Origin: a virus
Length of the DNA stretch: 64,000 bases
IMG/VR virus record: IMGVR_UViG_3300035180_002599
Coordinates: 29,310-93,309 of that record
Strand: one strand, 5' to 3'
The notes under the pieces are model-generated. The model ran no database searches and was not told the origin of the DNA. It worked only from the letters and a program-made list of their open reading frames with translations. Positions 38,633-48,351 of the stretch are shown here, piece after piece. Made by a program: the position numbers and the translations under genes. Position 1 is the stretch's first letter; each line of letters begins with the position of its first letter.

Positions 38633-39214
38633 ATGAAAAAATTAACAAAAAGCTCTATCATCGATCTTAAAAAAGATGGTGATGATTTAAAGAATATCAG
38701 AGTACAATTGGATTGGGAAACTCCAGAGAATTCCCCATATGGTAGTTTTGATCTGGACGGAAGCGTTTTTGGATTGGTAAAAAGCGAAATTGAAAGTGGT
38801 TATGAATTGTTTGATGAAGATTATTTCATTTATTACAAACATACTGAAACTGAAAATAAAAGTATCGTTCACTCTGGAGACGACAAAACTGGAGAAACCG
38901 GAGAATCTATTGTAATTAAATTAGATTTGATTCCAATTCCAATTTCCCATATTTCATTTTTTGTAACCATCCATCGTGCCATTAAAAAAATGCAAAATTT
39001 TGGAATGGTAAAAAATTCAGTTATTCGTCTTTGGAATGAAGACAATGGTGAATTGATTGCAGAATACAAACTAAATGAATCTTTTTCAGATGAAACTGCG
39101 GTTCATTTTGGAACCATCTATCGAGGAGCCGAAGGTTGGGAATTCAAAGCAATCGGCCAAGGTTATAAACGAGATCTTGCTGATATTTTGTATTCATATG
39201 GTGTCGAAGTTTAA
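38633..39214 (+). CDS. TerD-family protein
   Basis: FDLD, HSGDDKTG, QNFGMVKN, WEFKAIGQG. Confidence 0.93.
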   Translation: MKKLTKSSIIDLKKDGDDLKNIRVQLDWETPENSPYGSFDLDGSVFGLVKSEIESGYELFDEDYFIYYKHTETENKSIVHSGDDKTGETGESIVIKLDLIPIPISHISFFVTIHRAIKKMQNFGMVKNSVIRLWNEDNGELIAEYKLNESFSDETAVHFGTIYRGAEGWEFKAIGQGYKRDLADILYSYGVEV

Positions 39215-39352
39215 GTCATGAATTACTAAATTACAACGGATTTTATATGTCCGTTTGAATGTAGTTTTTGCATAACTAAGTCTAAAAAAGTAAAAAATCA
39301 TATGTTTTATGATTCTAAAATATTTGACTAATCAAAAAATGAAAGGTAATTT

Positions 39353-39784
39353 ATGAAAAAAGTATTATGGATATGTGCTTTATTTGGCACATTGATTTCG
39401 GCAGATGAGCACACTTTGGGTCTATACTGTTCTGATGAACAAGTAGGAATTTCAATAAGTGAAGATTCATATGTTCAAAGTTCAGTTAATTGGGCGGCGT
39501 GTTTAAACAAATCCACAATCAAATTTAACAAGAAAACAAAAACGTATTCGGTTTGGACTACATTTTTAGCAACCAATAAGAATGTTAATATGATTAATTC
39601 TAACGCTGGTTATATGAGAGTTCTTAAAGAGTTTAATCCAAAAACTAAACAAGTTCGTGCAATTGAAGCTAACATTTATAGTTGCAATGGTACATATATG
39701 ACCAGTTTTGATATAGAGCCTTGGTATAATATTGTTCCAAACTCACTTGATGAAGAAATCTTAACAGCAATGTTATCTAAATAA
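39353..39784 (+). CDS. Exported protein
   Basis: Signal peptide; C-terminal W..IVPNS motif like adhesin-E-type folds. Confidence 0.65.
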   Translation: MKKVLWICALFGTLISADEHTLGLYCSDEQVGISISEDSYVQSSVNWAACLNKSTIKFNKKTKTYSVWTTFLATNKNVNMINSNAGYMRVLKEFNPKTKQVRAIEANIYSCNGTYMTSFDIEPWYNIVPNSLDEEILTAMLSK

Positions 39785-39794
39785 AAGGAAGAAA

Positions 39795-40823
39795 ATGAAA
39801 GCTAATATGAAATACTTCACAGGAAGTTTTTGGTTTACTGTAATTGCAATGGTGTTGGGTTATGTATATGGTATGTATACTACAGGTTCTGTAGCGGCAT
39901 CTATGAGTATGGTTGCCGTTATTGGTATTTTGAGCGTTCTTGAGGTGTCATTATCATTCGATAATGCAATTGTCAATGCTAAAATTTTAAAAGATATGGA
40001 CGAGGTATGGCGCAAACGTTTTGTTACCTGGGGAATGGTGATTGCGGTTTTAGGAATGCGTTTAATATTTCCAGTAGTTATTGTATCACTTGCCGGTTCT
40101 ATGGGAATGTGGGAAGCGTTTAGTTTAGGATTTTCAAATCCAACTGAATATTCTCGAATTTTAAATGAAAGTCATACAAGCGTAGCTGGATTTGGTGGGG
40201 CCTTTTTGTTATTGGTTTCATTAGGTTTCTTTTTTGATTATGAAAAAGATGTCCATTGGGTTAAACATGTTGAATATTATCTATCTAAAATTGGTGCGGT
40301 AAAATCATCAGAAGTTTTAGTAACATTATCCGCATTGGTTGGCATTACATATATGTTACCAGAAACAGAACAAATGGCGTTTTTGATTGCAGGTATAGCG
40401 GGTGTTATTACGCATGAAGTGGTTAAAGGTCTTGGTGATCTTATGGAAGCAGGTGAAGAAGCGACCATTAGTGTTGCCAAAGCAGGATTAATGAGTTTAC
40501 TTTACCTTGAAGTTTTAGATGCATCATTTAGTTTTGATGGTGTAGTAGCCTCATTCGTTATCACTAAAGATATTATTATTATCGCATTGGGTCTTGGGGT
40601 TGGTGCAATGTTTGTTCGTTCATTGACATTGTTCTTCGTAGCAAAAGATACATTAGGTGAGTTCAAATATTTGGAACATGGCGCATTTTGGGCAATTTTG
40701 TCATTGGCTGTTATTATGTTTATGAGCACAATGTGTCATATTCCAGAATTGGTATCTGGGTCTATTGCAGTGGTTCTTATTGGTGCAAGTTTAATTTCAT
40801 CAGTTCTTCACAAAGAAGAATAA
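39795..40823 (+). CDS. TerC-like membrane protein (DUF475)
   Basis: LEVSLSFDNA.VNA, GMRL.FP, YLEVLDASFSFDGV, GAMFVRSLT, YLEHGA. Confidence 0.93.
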   Translation: MKANMKYFTGSFWFTVIAMVLGYVYGMYTTGSVAASMSMVAVIGILSVLEVSLSFDNAIVNAKILKDMDEVWRKRFVTWGMVIAVLGMRLIFPVVIVSLAGSMGMWEAFSLGFSNPTEYSRILNESHTSVAGFGGAFLLLVSLGFFFDYEKDVHWVKHVEYYLSKIGAVKSSEVLVTLSALVGITYMLPETEQMAFLIAGIAGVITHEVVKGLGDLMEAGEEATISVAKAGLMSLLYLEVLDASFSFDGVVASFVITKDIIIIALGLGVGAMFVRSLTLFFVAKDTLGEFKYLEHGAFWAILSLAVIMFMSTMCHIPELVSGSIAVVLIGASLISSVLHKEE

Positions 40824-41028
40824 ATTGAATCTTATCCTTTAGGGGATAAGAGTTGAGTTTATAAAAAGGAAAGCCAAAATGTTTCAATGATTCAAAAAAA
40901 AATTATTTTTACCTACAGAAAAATATCTAACGTCAAAAATACTGTAAAAGAAGATTGTTTTAATAATTAATCTTATTCTAAGGTTATTCTGATATAATTA
41001 TTGTATCAAAAGAAAAGAAGGATAGAAA

Positions 41029-41256
41029 ATGATTCAAGTTACAAATGCAGGAAAAGCAGAATTAGGTTCATTGAAATTAGACTTTAGTCATGTGACTAAA
41101 GGAAAAGTTTATTTCTATGTAATTGACACGTCTAAGTTTTGTTATGATTCAAATTATGAGGTTTTAGAATCTCGTAAAGTAGCAAAAAATAAAACTATTC
41201 GTTACGGCGGTGCTACATTTGATCTTTCATCTGTAGCCGGCATTCAAAATATTTAA
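41029..41256 (+). CDS. Hypothetical early protein
   Basis: Follows the repeated promoter cassette at about 40979. Confidence 0.75.
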   Translation: MIQVTNAGKAELGSLKLDFSHVTKGKVYFYVIDTSKFCYDSNYEVLESRKVAKNKTIRYGGATFDLSSVAGIQNI

Positions 41257-41266
41257 AGGTATAAAA

Positions 41267-41437
41267 ATGAACATTGGATTTTTGGGCTTATTGGCTGTTG
41301 TGTTTATCACATTAAAATTGATTGGGTATATTGCGTGGTCATGGATTTGGGTTTTGAGCCCTATTTGGATTCCATGGTTGTTTATTATTGTTGTTGGCGT
41401 ATTGTTCAGCTGGACTTCATTTAAAACTAAACATTAA
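41267..41437 (+). CDS. Small membrane protein (56 aa, absent from the ORF track)
   Basis: FITLKLIGYIAWSWIWVLSPIW, a widespread phage membrane-peptide motif. Confidence 0.8.
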   Translation: MNIGFLGLLAVVFITLKLIGYIAWSWIWVLSPIWIPWLFIIVVGVLFSWTSFKTKH

Positions 41438-41448
41438 AAGGAAACGAA

Positions 41449-42021
41449 ATGTCTACAGGAATGAAAATTGGTTTAGGATTTATGTTCGCATTTATTATGG
41501 GAACATTCGGTTTGGTAGTTATGGTTATTAGTTCAAAATTCACAGCAAATGAATTTGAGACGGCAATTCATTACTCATATAAAGATCAGCAAAACATTTA
41601 CAGCAACATGAACAAAAACATGGAAGCTGCAGGATTAACTGTTGAAAATTATGGTGAGACCGCAATCAATGCTATTAAAGAAAAAGCGAAACAATATGCA
41701 GACAAGCCAGAATTAGTAGCACAGTTTGTTTCCGAAAAACCTCAGAATATTGATTCTGCAATTTGGATGAAATTCATGGACTCTTATAAACAAGACTCTA
41801 TTGCAATTCAAAATGCCCAAACCGCACGATTGAGCAAAGCGGAAGCGTATCAAACATGGTTAGGTTCTAGCGCAAAAGGTTTCATTGCTGGAACGGTATT
41901 CAATTATCCAACCCCATCAATAAAAGAAGAAATGGAAAAAGTTGTTATTACCTCAAAAACAACCAAAGCATTTGAAACAGGTGTAGATGAAGATGCAAAA
42001 GTATTTGGAGGTTCTAAATGA
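41449..42021 (+). CDS. Membrane-anchored helical protein (LemA-like architecture)
   Basis: N-terminal TM followed by coiled coil. Confidence 0.6.
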   Translation: MSTGMKIGLGFMFAFIMGTFGLVVMVISSKFTANEFETAIHYSYKDQQNIYSNMNKNMEAAGLTVENYGETAINAIKEKAKQYADKPELVAQFVSEKPQNIDSAIWMKFMDSYKQDSIAIQNAQTARLSKAEAYQTWLGSSAKGFIAGTVFNYPTPSIKEEMEKVVITSKTTKAFETGVDEDAKVFGGSK

Positions 42022-42302
42022 TTCTCCCAGCTTCTAAGTTAGAAGGTTTTCTTTATTTCACTTATGATGATTACATAAAATCAACTCCCGTTACAAAAGT
42101 CAAAGTTTTTAGAGAAGTTAAAGCTAAATGGTTCAGTTTTTGGAAAAAAGAAATTTGTGATGTTTATTCTTTTAACATGATTCAAGTTGATAATGACAAA
42201 ATTACAACTTATTATAAATCAGAACCTTGTAATGAATTGATTGAACAATTGAATAAACTCCAATTATCTAAAAATTCATCAATAAATTTAAAAAAATCTT
42301 AA
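42018..42302 (+). CDS. Hypothetical protein
   Basis: Coupled ORF. Confidence 0.6.
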   Translation: MILPASKLEGFLYFTYDDYIKSTPVTKVKVFREVKAKWFSFWKKEICDVYSFNMIQVDNDKITTYYKSEPCNELIEQLNKLQLSKNSSINLKKS

Positions 42303-42344
42303 GACTATTATGATATAATATGTTATTAAAAAGAAGGATGGAAA

Positions 42345-43556
42345 ATGTTCGACGTTCTTGTTATGGTAATAGCAAATCCATTGTTATGGGTTAATATAAC
42401 AATCCCGTTTATGATTGGAGTGTTTTTAGTTTTTTCTAAAATTGATTATACCCCCAAAGAATTCGCAATTCAATTTTCAGTTACATTTGTGTTTTTGTTT
42501 ATTGTTTATTTGATTGCTTTTGGAACCACCGCTAATTTGTTTCATAAAGTGTATTACAACACTTCAGTAAATTCTATTACTTATTATGAAGCATGGGATG
42601 AAGAAGTTCATTACACAGAAGAAGAATGTTCAGGAACTGGAAATAAAAAATCATGCACAACTGTTTACAGAACTCGAATAGATCATCACCCAAAATATTG
42701 GGAATTAGTTGATAATTTAAATGGATCTATGAATGTTGATGAATCTGATTATATAAAAGCACGTAACAAATACGGTGCAAAGAAAGAATATCTTCATCAT
42801 TCAGGTCAAGTGTCTTACGGAGATGGGAACGCTTTTAAAGTCACGGTTACAGATATTGTTCCTCATGTTCAAACACATGAAGAAGTTAATTATGTAAAAG
42901 CAGTCAAATACAATATTGTTAAATCCGAAACATTCCCTAAAAAGATTGAAGCCTATAAAAAGTCAGGTCAATTATTGGAATACCCATCAATCATGTTGGG
43001 TGATATTGGAAATTATTATATAGAACGAGTACTAAAAGCCAAAAATGTACTAATAAATGATTCAAATATGACTAAACAATTGGAAGAATATGCATCAATT
43101 GCTGGATCTTCCAAACAAGTAAATCCTTTGGTTTATATTGTAAAAAATCAAAGTCCGGAATTTACAGAGGTATTAAAAGCTTATTGGGTTAATGGTTCTA
43201 AAAATGATGCTATATTGATTTTAAATATCAATGATGATAATATTATCACTTGGAGTGATACTATTTCATGGACTAAAAATCCTAAATTTTTAGTGCAAAA
43301 TCAAACCATTTACACTGGATTGAATATCAATGACCCAAAAGTAACCGAGTTGTTTATATCACAAATTCAATCAAATTTCAAACGGGTTTCTATGAAAGAA
43401 TATGAATATTTGAAAAACAATATAGATTTATCAATTACAGCTGAATTAGTGATAATTGTTATAAACTTGATATTGTCTGGAATTGTATTCTTTTATTTTT
43501 CAACACAAAATCCATTTAATTCAACTAAAAATTATGGAGAAAATAGATGGAGATAA
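42345..43556 (+). CDS. Membrane protein with large periplasmic domain
   Basis: Two N-terminal TMs and one C-terminal TM; W.NG.KND motif. Confidence 0.75.
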   Translation: MFDVLVMVIANPLLWVNITIPFMIGVFLVFSKIDYTPKEFAIQFSVTFVFLFIVYLIAFGTTANLFHKVYYNTSVNSITYYEAWDEEVHYTEEECSGTGNKKSCTTVYRTRIDHHPKYWELVDNLNGSMNVDESDYIKARNKYGAKKEYLHHSGQVSYGDGNAFKVTVTDIVPHVQTHEEVNYVKAVKYNIVKSETFPKKIEAYKKSGQLLEYPSIMLGDIGNYYIERVLKAKNVLINDSNMTKQLEEYASIAGSSKQVNPLVYIVKNQSPEFTEVLKAYWVNGSKNDAILILNINDDNIITWSDTISWTKNPKFLVQNQTIYTGLNINDPKVTELFISQIQSNFKRVSMKEYEYLKNNIDLSITAELVIIVINLILSGIVFFYFSTQNPFNSTKNYGENRWR

Positions 43557-43996
43557 AAGAAATTCAGAACAATCCGTCTGTAAATTTTGAGTACATTATT
43601 ATTGATACATTAGAGGTAGGTATAGAACTTAAATCATTTGAGATCAAACAAATAGCTCTTAAAAAATGCAATATTAAAGGGTCTTTTTGTAAAATAATAA
43701 AAGGCGAAGTAATTTTGTTTGATATGAATATTGAACAATACAAAGATGCCGTATTTTATGATAAGATAGAACCGAAACGTCAAAGAAAGATCCTTATGCA
43801 TAAAAAGCAAATCAAACGTTGGAAACAAGAGATGGATTTAAATCAACATTACTCCATTGTTCCTCAGAAGATTTATATCAACTCAGAAGGTCGTTGTAAA
43901 ATATTGATGTGTTTGTGTAAAGGTAAAAAATTACACGATAAAAGAAATTCAATCAAAGATAGAGATATCTCAAGAAAGGTAAAAAATGATTTCTAA
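43547..43996 (+). CDS. smpB: SsrA-binding protein
   Basis: EVGIELKSFEIK, EPKRQRKILMHKKQI, IVPQKIY, KGKKLHDKR tail; 149 aa. Confidence 0.93.
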   Translation: MEIKEIQNNPSVNFEYIIIDTLEVGIELKSFEIKQIALKKCNIKGSFCKIIKGEVILFDMNIEQYKDAVFYDKIEPKRQRKILMHKKQIKRWKQEMDLNQHYSIVPQKIYINSEGRCKILMCLCKGKKLHDKRNSIKDRDISRKVKNDF

Positions 43997-44435
43997 TAAT
44001 AAAATGGCTCTGCTTTTAACAGTATTGTTCTTCGTTGGTGTATATTATCAATTTACAGCAATTTTCTTCGTGGTTGTAATTATTGCCCTTGGTTTAGTGA
44101 TATTTAGAGAGACCACTATTCATCCAGCTGTATCCATATTTTTGGCTTCAGTAATAGCATTTATTGGACTTCTAATGTTTATTGTAATAACCAAGGTGTT
44201 TGCTCATGATGTAGTAACTGAAACTGTTATTAATGTAAAATCATTTAGTGATGATACGTTATCAATACATTATACAATCGGTAATGATGAAAATGTAAGA
44301 TCAGAAATATTAACTAATAACAATTATTATCATGAAAAGGCAGAGTTTTTGGAAAATGGGACTTGTTATCTTCAGAAAATTACAAATACATTGGGAAATC
44401 TTGAACTAAAATCCACAAAGGTTGATTGTCATTAA
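43986..44435 (+). CDS. Membrane protein
   Basis: Three hydrophobic helices. Confidence 0.65.
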   Translation: MISNNKMALLLTVLFFVGVYYQFTAIFFVVVIIALGLVIFRETTIHPAVSIFLASVIAFIGLLMFIVITKVFAHDVVTETVINVKSFSDDTLSIHYTIGNDENVRSEILTNNNYYHEKAEFLENGTCYLQKITNTLGNLELKSTKVDCH

Positions 44436-44436
44436 A

Positions 44437-44697
44437 ATGAAATCTAAAGCATCTGATTTATTACCTTTGTATAAAACAATACAAAATCTGTTAAATGATA
44501 ATGATTTTTTGAAAGTAACTGAAATTGTAGATGAATATATTCAGAAGGATGATATGGTATTATGGGTTGGTTTACCTAGATTGACGTTCGTATGGAGAAA
44601 ATCTTTACCTAAATGGGATTCATGGGTTGCAGACAGCATCAAGAAATTTGATGAGTCTGGAGAAAACGGTCGCAAAATAATGCGCGGTTTATATTAA
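44437..44697 (+). CDS. Hypothetical protein
   Basis: ORF ending IMRGLY. Confidence 0.65.
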   Translation: MKSKASDLLPLYKTIQNLLNDNDFLKVTEIVDEYIQKDDMVLWVGLPRLTFVWRKSLPKWDSWVADSIKKFDESGENGRKIMRGLY

Positions 44698-44709
44698 AAA
44701 AGGATTTAT

Positions 44710-45198
44710 ATGGAATTTATGTTAGGTTTTTTTGCAGGTTTGTCCTTGCAGTATTGGATTTTGTTGGCAGTAATATGTGGATCTTTGATCTTAACCGTTT
44801 ATAATGAACAATTTCAAGCTGAATTTTTGTTTGCTGTAGGTGCTTTTGGTTATTTTGCATATCATTTGATTAAACCAGAATATATTGATTGGGTTTCTTT
44901 AGCATATTTTGTTGTAGTTTATTTACTTATTGGATTAGTGTGGTCATTTAAAAAATGGTTTTCCTTTGCTAGAGTCAAATACAAAGAACATATTGACCGT
45001 GAGAAAAGAATGGAACAAGAATATCCATTTAAGCTTAATGTTAAAGATCATAAAGAGAGATTGATTATTTGGATTTTATACTGGCCTTTATCTATGATTG
45101 GTTACATAATTGGAGATTTGTTTAGAGATTTAATTGATTGGATAATTTCCCGATTTAGTGGGTTTTACAACTACTTAACTGAAAAAGCTAAGTTTTAA
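44710..45198 (+). CDS. Membrane protein
   Basis: Multiple TMs; YLLIGLVWSFKKW and WILYWP. Confidence 0.75.
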   Translation: MEFMLGFFAGLSLQYWILLAVICGSLILTVYNEQFQAEFLFAVGAFGYFAYHLIKPEYIDWVSLAYFVVVYLLIGLVWSFKKWFSFARVKYKEHIDREKRMEQEYPFKLNVKDHKERLIIWILYWPLSMIGYIIGDLFRDLIDWIISRFSGFYNYLTEKAKF

Positions 45199-45351
45199 TT
45201 AAGAATCTTTTTATCATTAGCTCTTTCAAAATCAATAAAGTTATTGTTTTAGGTAAAATTTTGTTTATGTACCTTATGATATTATTAATTCCTAAATTTT
45301 ATAAAAACAAAAGAATAAAATGTTATAATATACAAAATAGAAGGAGAGCTT

Positions 45352-45618
45352 ATGTTAAAAGTTATTTTAGATGCTATTCATGAATTAGCGTTTGTAAACA
45401 TTGGTAATAAAAATGCAGAAATATCAATTAAGGTTTCTGATTTGGAATTATTGCGTTTGAGAATCTTGGAGCTTGAAAAAGAAAACAAACGTTTGAAAAA
45501 TGATAATGAAACAAAAACTACAAAGTTAGATGTCATTAGAGAGCAGTTAAATATCTTAGACGCTAAACTTACTATGCGTACAACATTTGATGATTATAAA
45601 AAAAGATATAATAGATAG
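45352..45618 (+). CDS. Coiled-coil hypothetical protein
   Basis: Own promoter and GGAG RBS. Confidence 0.7.
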   Translation: MLKVILDAIHELAFVNIGNKNAEISIKVSDLELLRLRILELEKENKRLKNDNETKTTKLDVIREQLNILDAKLTMRTTFDDYKKRYNR

Positions 45619-45625
45619 GAATAAT

Positions 45626-45895
45626 ATGAAATTACAAGCCGTTTTCAAAACTATTAAAAACAATAAAGATTTAATAGCTTTTCCTATTGTATTAGCATTG
45701 ATGTTGCTTATTCCAAGTCATAAATTTTTATATTCAGATACTCCGGATTTCGTTATTCAAATGATGGACAACCTTGCTATTAATACTATTGTGTTGATGG
45801 TAATTATAATTTCTCCTATGATTTGGGTAATATTGAAAGAAAATGTAAACAAGATATTAGATGATTATAAATATTTTTCTGAGGAGATCAAATGA
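45626..45895 (+). CDS. Small membrane protein
   Basis: Two TMs. Confidence 0.65.
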   Translation: MKLQAVFKTIKNNKDLIAFPIVLALMLLIPSHKFLYSDTPDFVIQMMDNLAINTIVLMVIIISPMIWVILKENVNKILDDYKYFSEEIK

Positions 45896-46266
45896 AAGAG
45901 CTTATTGAATTTAACATGAGTTATTTTAACATATTGAGCTGTTGTGATTATCATCATAAGATATTACGTATTGAAGAACTAAAACTTTCTTTCAAAAATT
46001 CAAAGAACAAAATAATTGAGTTAAGATTCAGCGAATCTGATATTAAACAATTTAGGCATAAATCACATTATATAGACATGACCAAATTGAAAGATATTCC
46101 ACGAGATTACAAGTTATTTTGTGTAAGACGTAATGTTGTTACTCCTGGTGTTTTCCGAAATGAGACGGAATCTGTTGATAACGTACTCATTCATATTACA
46201 AAACCAGTACCAATAAGTATACTAAATAGACAGTATGATGAATTCATAAAGAGTTATACTTGGTAA
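45892..46266 (+). CDS. Hypothetical protein
   Basis: GAGGAG RBS. Confidence 0.65.
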   Translation: MKELIEFNMSYFNILSCCDYHHKILRIEELKLSFKNSKNKIIELRFSESDIKQFRHKSHYIDMTKLKDIPRDYKLFCVRRNVVTPGVFRNETESVDNVLIHITKPVPISILNRQYDEFIKSYTW

Positions 46267-46325
46267 TTTTAATGTTACTATAAGTTTATTATGTTATAAT
46301 ATAAAAATTAAAACAAGGAAAGAAA

Positions 46326-46862
46326 ATGTCAGCTATGATTTTAAAAGCTATTAATTTTGCTACATCAAAGCATGAAGGGAAAAAACGAAAAGGTTCAGGT
46401 GAGCCATATATTGTTCATTCCATCATGGTAAGTTATATTCTTGCTGAATACAAACAATCAAAAAACATTGAAGAACTGGTTTGTGCTGCTTTACTTCATG
46501 ACACACTAGAGGAAACAGAAACAACTTTCAATGAAATAGTGAATGAATTCACTCCTTTGGTAGCTTCACTTGTAATGGAATTAACTTCAGATAGTGCTCT
46601 TATTAAACAAATAGGCAAAAATGAGTACCTTAAAATCAAACTTTGTGGAATTTCTAATTATGGTTTGATTTTGAAGTTTGCTGACTTACTTGGACATATC
46701 TCTTATAACCCATCTATAAAAATGGTAGATGATGCTATTGATTTGATTAATCATGTTCGTAAAAATAGAAAACTCACATCAGCTCAAGAGTCTATTGCTA
46801 TGGACATTTTAGCCAAATGTAAGGTTATAACAAATCAACGCAAAGTGGAGTCAGAAAAATGA
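46326..46862 (+). CDS. Small alarmone hydrolase (Mesh1/SpoT-type HD domain)
   Basis: A..FA...HEG..RKGSGEPYIVH, AALLHDTLE, V.ELT, LKFAD. Confidence 0.9.
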   Translation: MSAMILKAINFATSKHEGKKRKGSGEPYIVHSIMVSYILAEYKQSKNIEELVCAALLHDTLEETETTFNEIVNEFTPLVASLVMELTSDSALIKQIGKNEYLKIKLCGISNYGLILKFADLLGHISYNPSIKMVDDAIDLINHVRKNRKLTSAQESIAMDILAKCKVITNQRKVESEK

Positions 46863-47152
46863 ATAAAGTAAAATTTATAATCAAATCATTGATAGATGAA
46901 AATACCGAGCTTCCCTTTTTATTTTTAATTGTGTGGTGTTTATTAGGAGTTGCATTTTTTCCTTGGGTTCCATTTCCCCATAATGTAGACTGGTTTCTTG
47001 GATATGTTATTAAATTTTGGATGATGTTTATTGGAACGGTTTTTTTCCTTAGTGGCATTTGGGTTATTTACTTTTCAATGAAGTATATATTATATATATG
47101 GAATAAAGTGAAAATCTTATCATCACAATATGATAAAAATCAAAGATCTTGA
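46859..47152 (+). CDS. Membrane protein
   Basis: Two TMs. Confidence 0.65.
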   Translation: MNKVKFIIKSLIDENTELPFLFLIVWCLLGVAFFPWVPFPHNVDWFLGYVIKFWMMFIGTVFFLSGIWVIYFSMKYILYIWNKVKILSSQYDKNQRS

Positions 47153-47170
47153 AAATGTAAAGGATAAAAA

Positions 47171-47347
47171 ATGTATTATGAATTTAAATGTGAAAATAAT
47201 AATTGTGAGCTTTTTGAACAAACTGTAGAGAAAAATATCTCATATAAAGACTTGGATAGTCAAGTTTGTGAAAAATGCGGAGATCCATTAAAACGGATCT
47301 GGAATACCAATGTTGGTATTAAAACCTCAGATGGATATAAATCATGA
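47171..47347 (+). CDS. FmdB-family zinc-ribbon protein (58 aa, absent from the ORF track)
   Basis: MYYEFKC....C...CEKCG..LKRI; AAGGA RBS. Confidence 0.8.
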   Translation: MYYEFKCENNNCELFEQTVEKNISYKDLDSQVCEKCGDPLKRIWNTNVGIKTSDGYKS

Positions 47348-47589
47348 AAAAAACTAATTTATTAATAGCGTCGTTGATAACAGCGTATTATGAAAAAAAT
47401 AAAATTCTTCCTTTCACTGCTTTAGAATCAGATGAAGATACAGATGTAATATCTTTTGATGTCCAATCAGATTTTATAGATGAATTTAAAAAACATTCCA
47501 CAAAAAATTTCAATAAATCATTTGAGGATTTTGTAAATGAAACTTTAGAAAAAACATTAAAGGATATAAAAGATGGAATCGAACTTTGA
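47344..47589 (+). CDS. Hypothetical protein
   Basis: Coupled ORF. Confidence 0.6.
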   Translation: MKKTNLLIASLITAYYEKNKILPFTALESDEDTDVISFDVQSDFIDEFKKHSTKNFNKSFEDFVNETLEKTLKDIKDGIEL

Positions 47590-47866
47590 TCCTCAAGCTG
47601 TACTAAAATCATTAGAAACATGGAGAGAGTTTTATGATGATGAACCTCCATTTATGGTAGTTAAAGATCCTATAGGAAATAAGAGTATATCCTCTGCTGA
47701 TTTGCAAGATATTGAAAATGCTGTAATTTCATTTAGAAATGAATTCCTTAGTCTTGTGGAATCTAATCTACAAAGAAAAATGAACAAAGCTGAATTAGAC
47801 GAACTTAGCTATGGCGTGTATTTCGTTTATAAGTTAATTCAGGGTTCTCACAATGAGCATTTTTGA
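47573..47866 (+). CDS. Hypothetical protein
   Basis: AAGGA RBS. Confidence 0.65.
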   Translation: MESNFDPQAVLKSLETWREFYDDEPPFMVVKDPIGNKSISSADLQDIENAVISFRNEFLSLVESNLQRKMNKAELDELSYGVYFVYKLIQGSHNEHF

Positions 47867-48059
47867 TTATAAATTTTCTGTAAGTTACAATCCAAAGGCA
47901 GATTGTTTTATTATAAAAATGAATGGAACTAATAATATCTTGGTTACAATAGCTACGGAATTTGAAAATATTAAATCTGAAATAACATATCTAAATGAGA
48001 AAGATTTCATCGATTATTCATCGAAATATATCATTGGATCTTATACTCTTGATAAATAA
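47853..48059 (+). CDS. Hypothetical protein
   Basis: Overlapping ORF in operon. Confidence 0.55.
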   Translation: MSIFDYKFSVSYNPKADCFIIKMNGTNNILVTIATEFENIKSEITYLNEKDFIDYSSKYIIGSYTLDK

Positions 48060-48083
48060 TAATAAAGCACACTGGAGAATATT

Positions 48084-48341
48084 ATGAAATTCAGCACTAT
48101 GGTTAACATTAACGAAACGGCTAAAGATGTTATTAAAGGTGTAAATTCACCTGAAGCTTACGATTTATTAAAAGGATTTGATAGATACGCTGCTTATATA
48201 GATGACGGCGATACGCATCGTAGAGTACAAGCTCAAAATCATGAGATTTTGCAAAAACTAAAAGAAATGGGTGCAACTGAAGTTGACTTGCAAATTATGA
48301 AATATGATGGATCTAATGATATCTGGAAAATAAAACTATAA
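48084..48341 (+). CDS. Putative internal virion protein
   Basis: GATAAATA at 48051-48058; MKFSTMVNINE leader. Confidence 0.65.
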   Translation: MKFSTMVNINETAKDVIKGVNSPEAYDLLKGFDRYAAYIDDGDTHRRVQAQNHEILQKLKEMGATEVDLQIMKYDGSNDIWKIKL

Positions 48342-48351
48342 GGAATAACAT

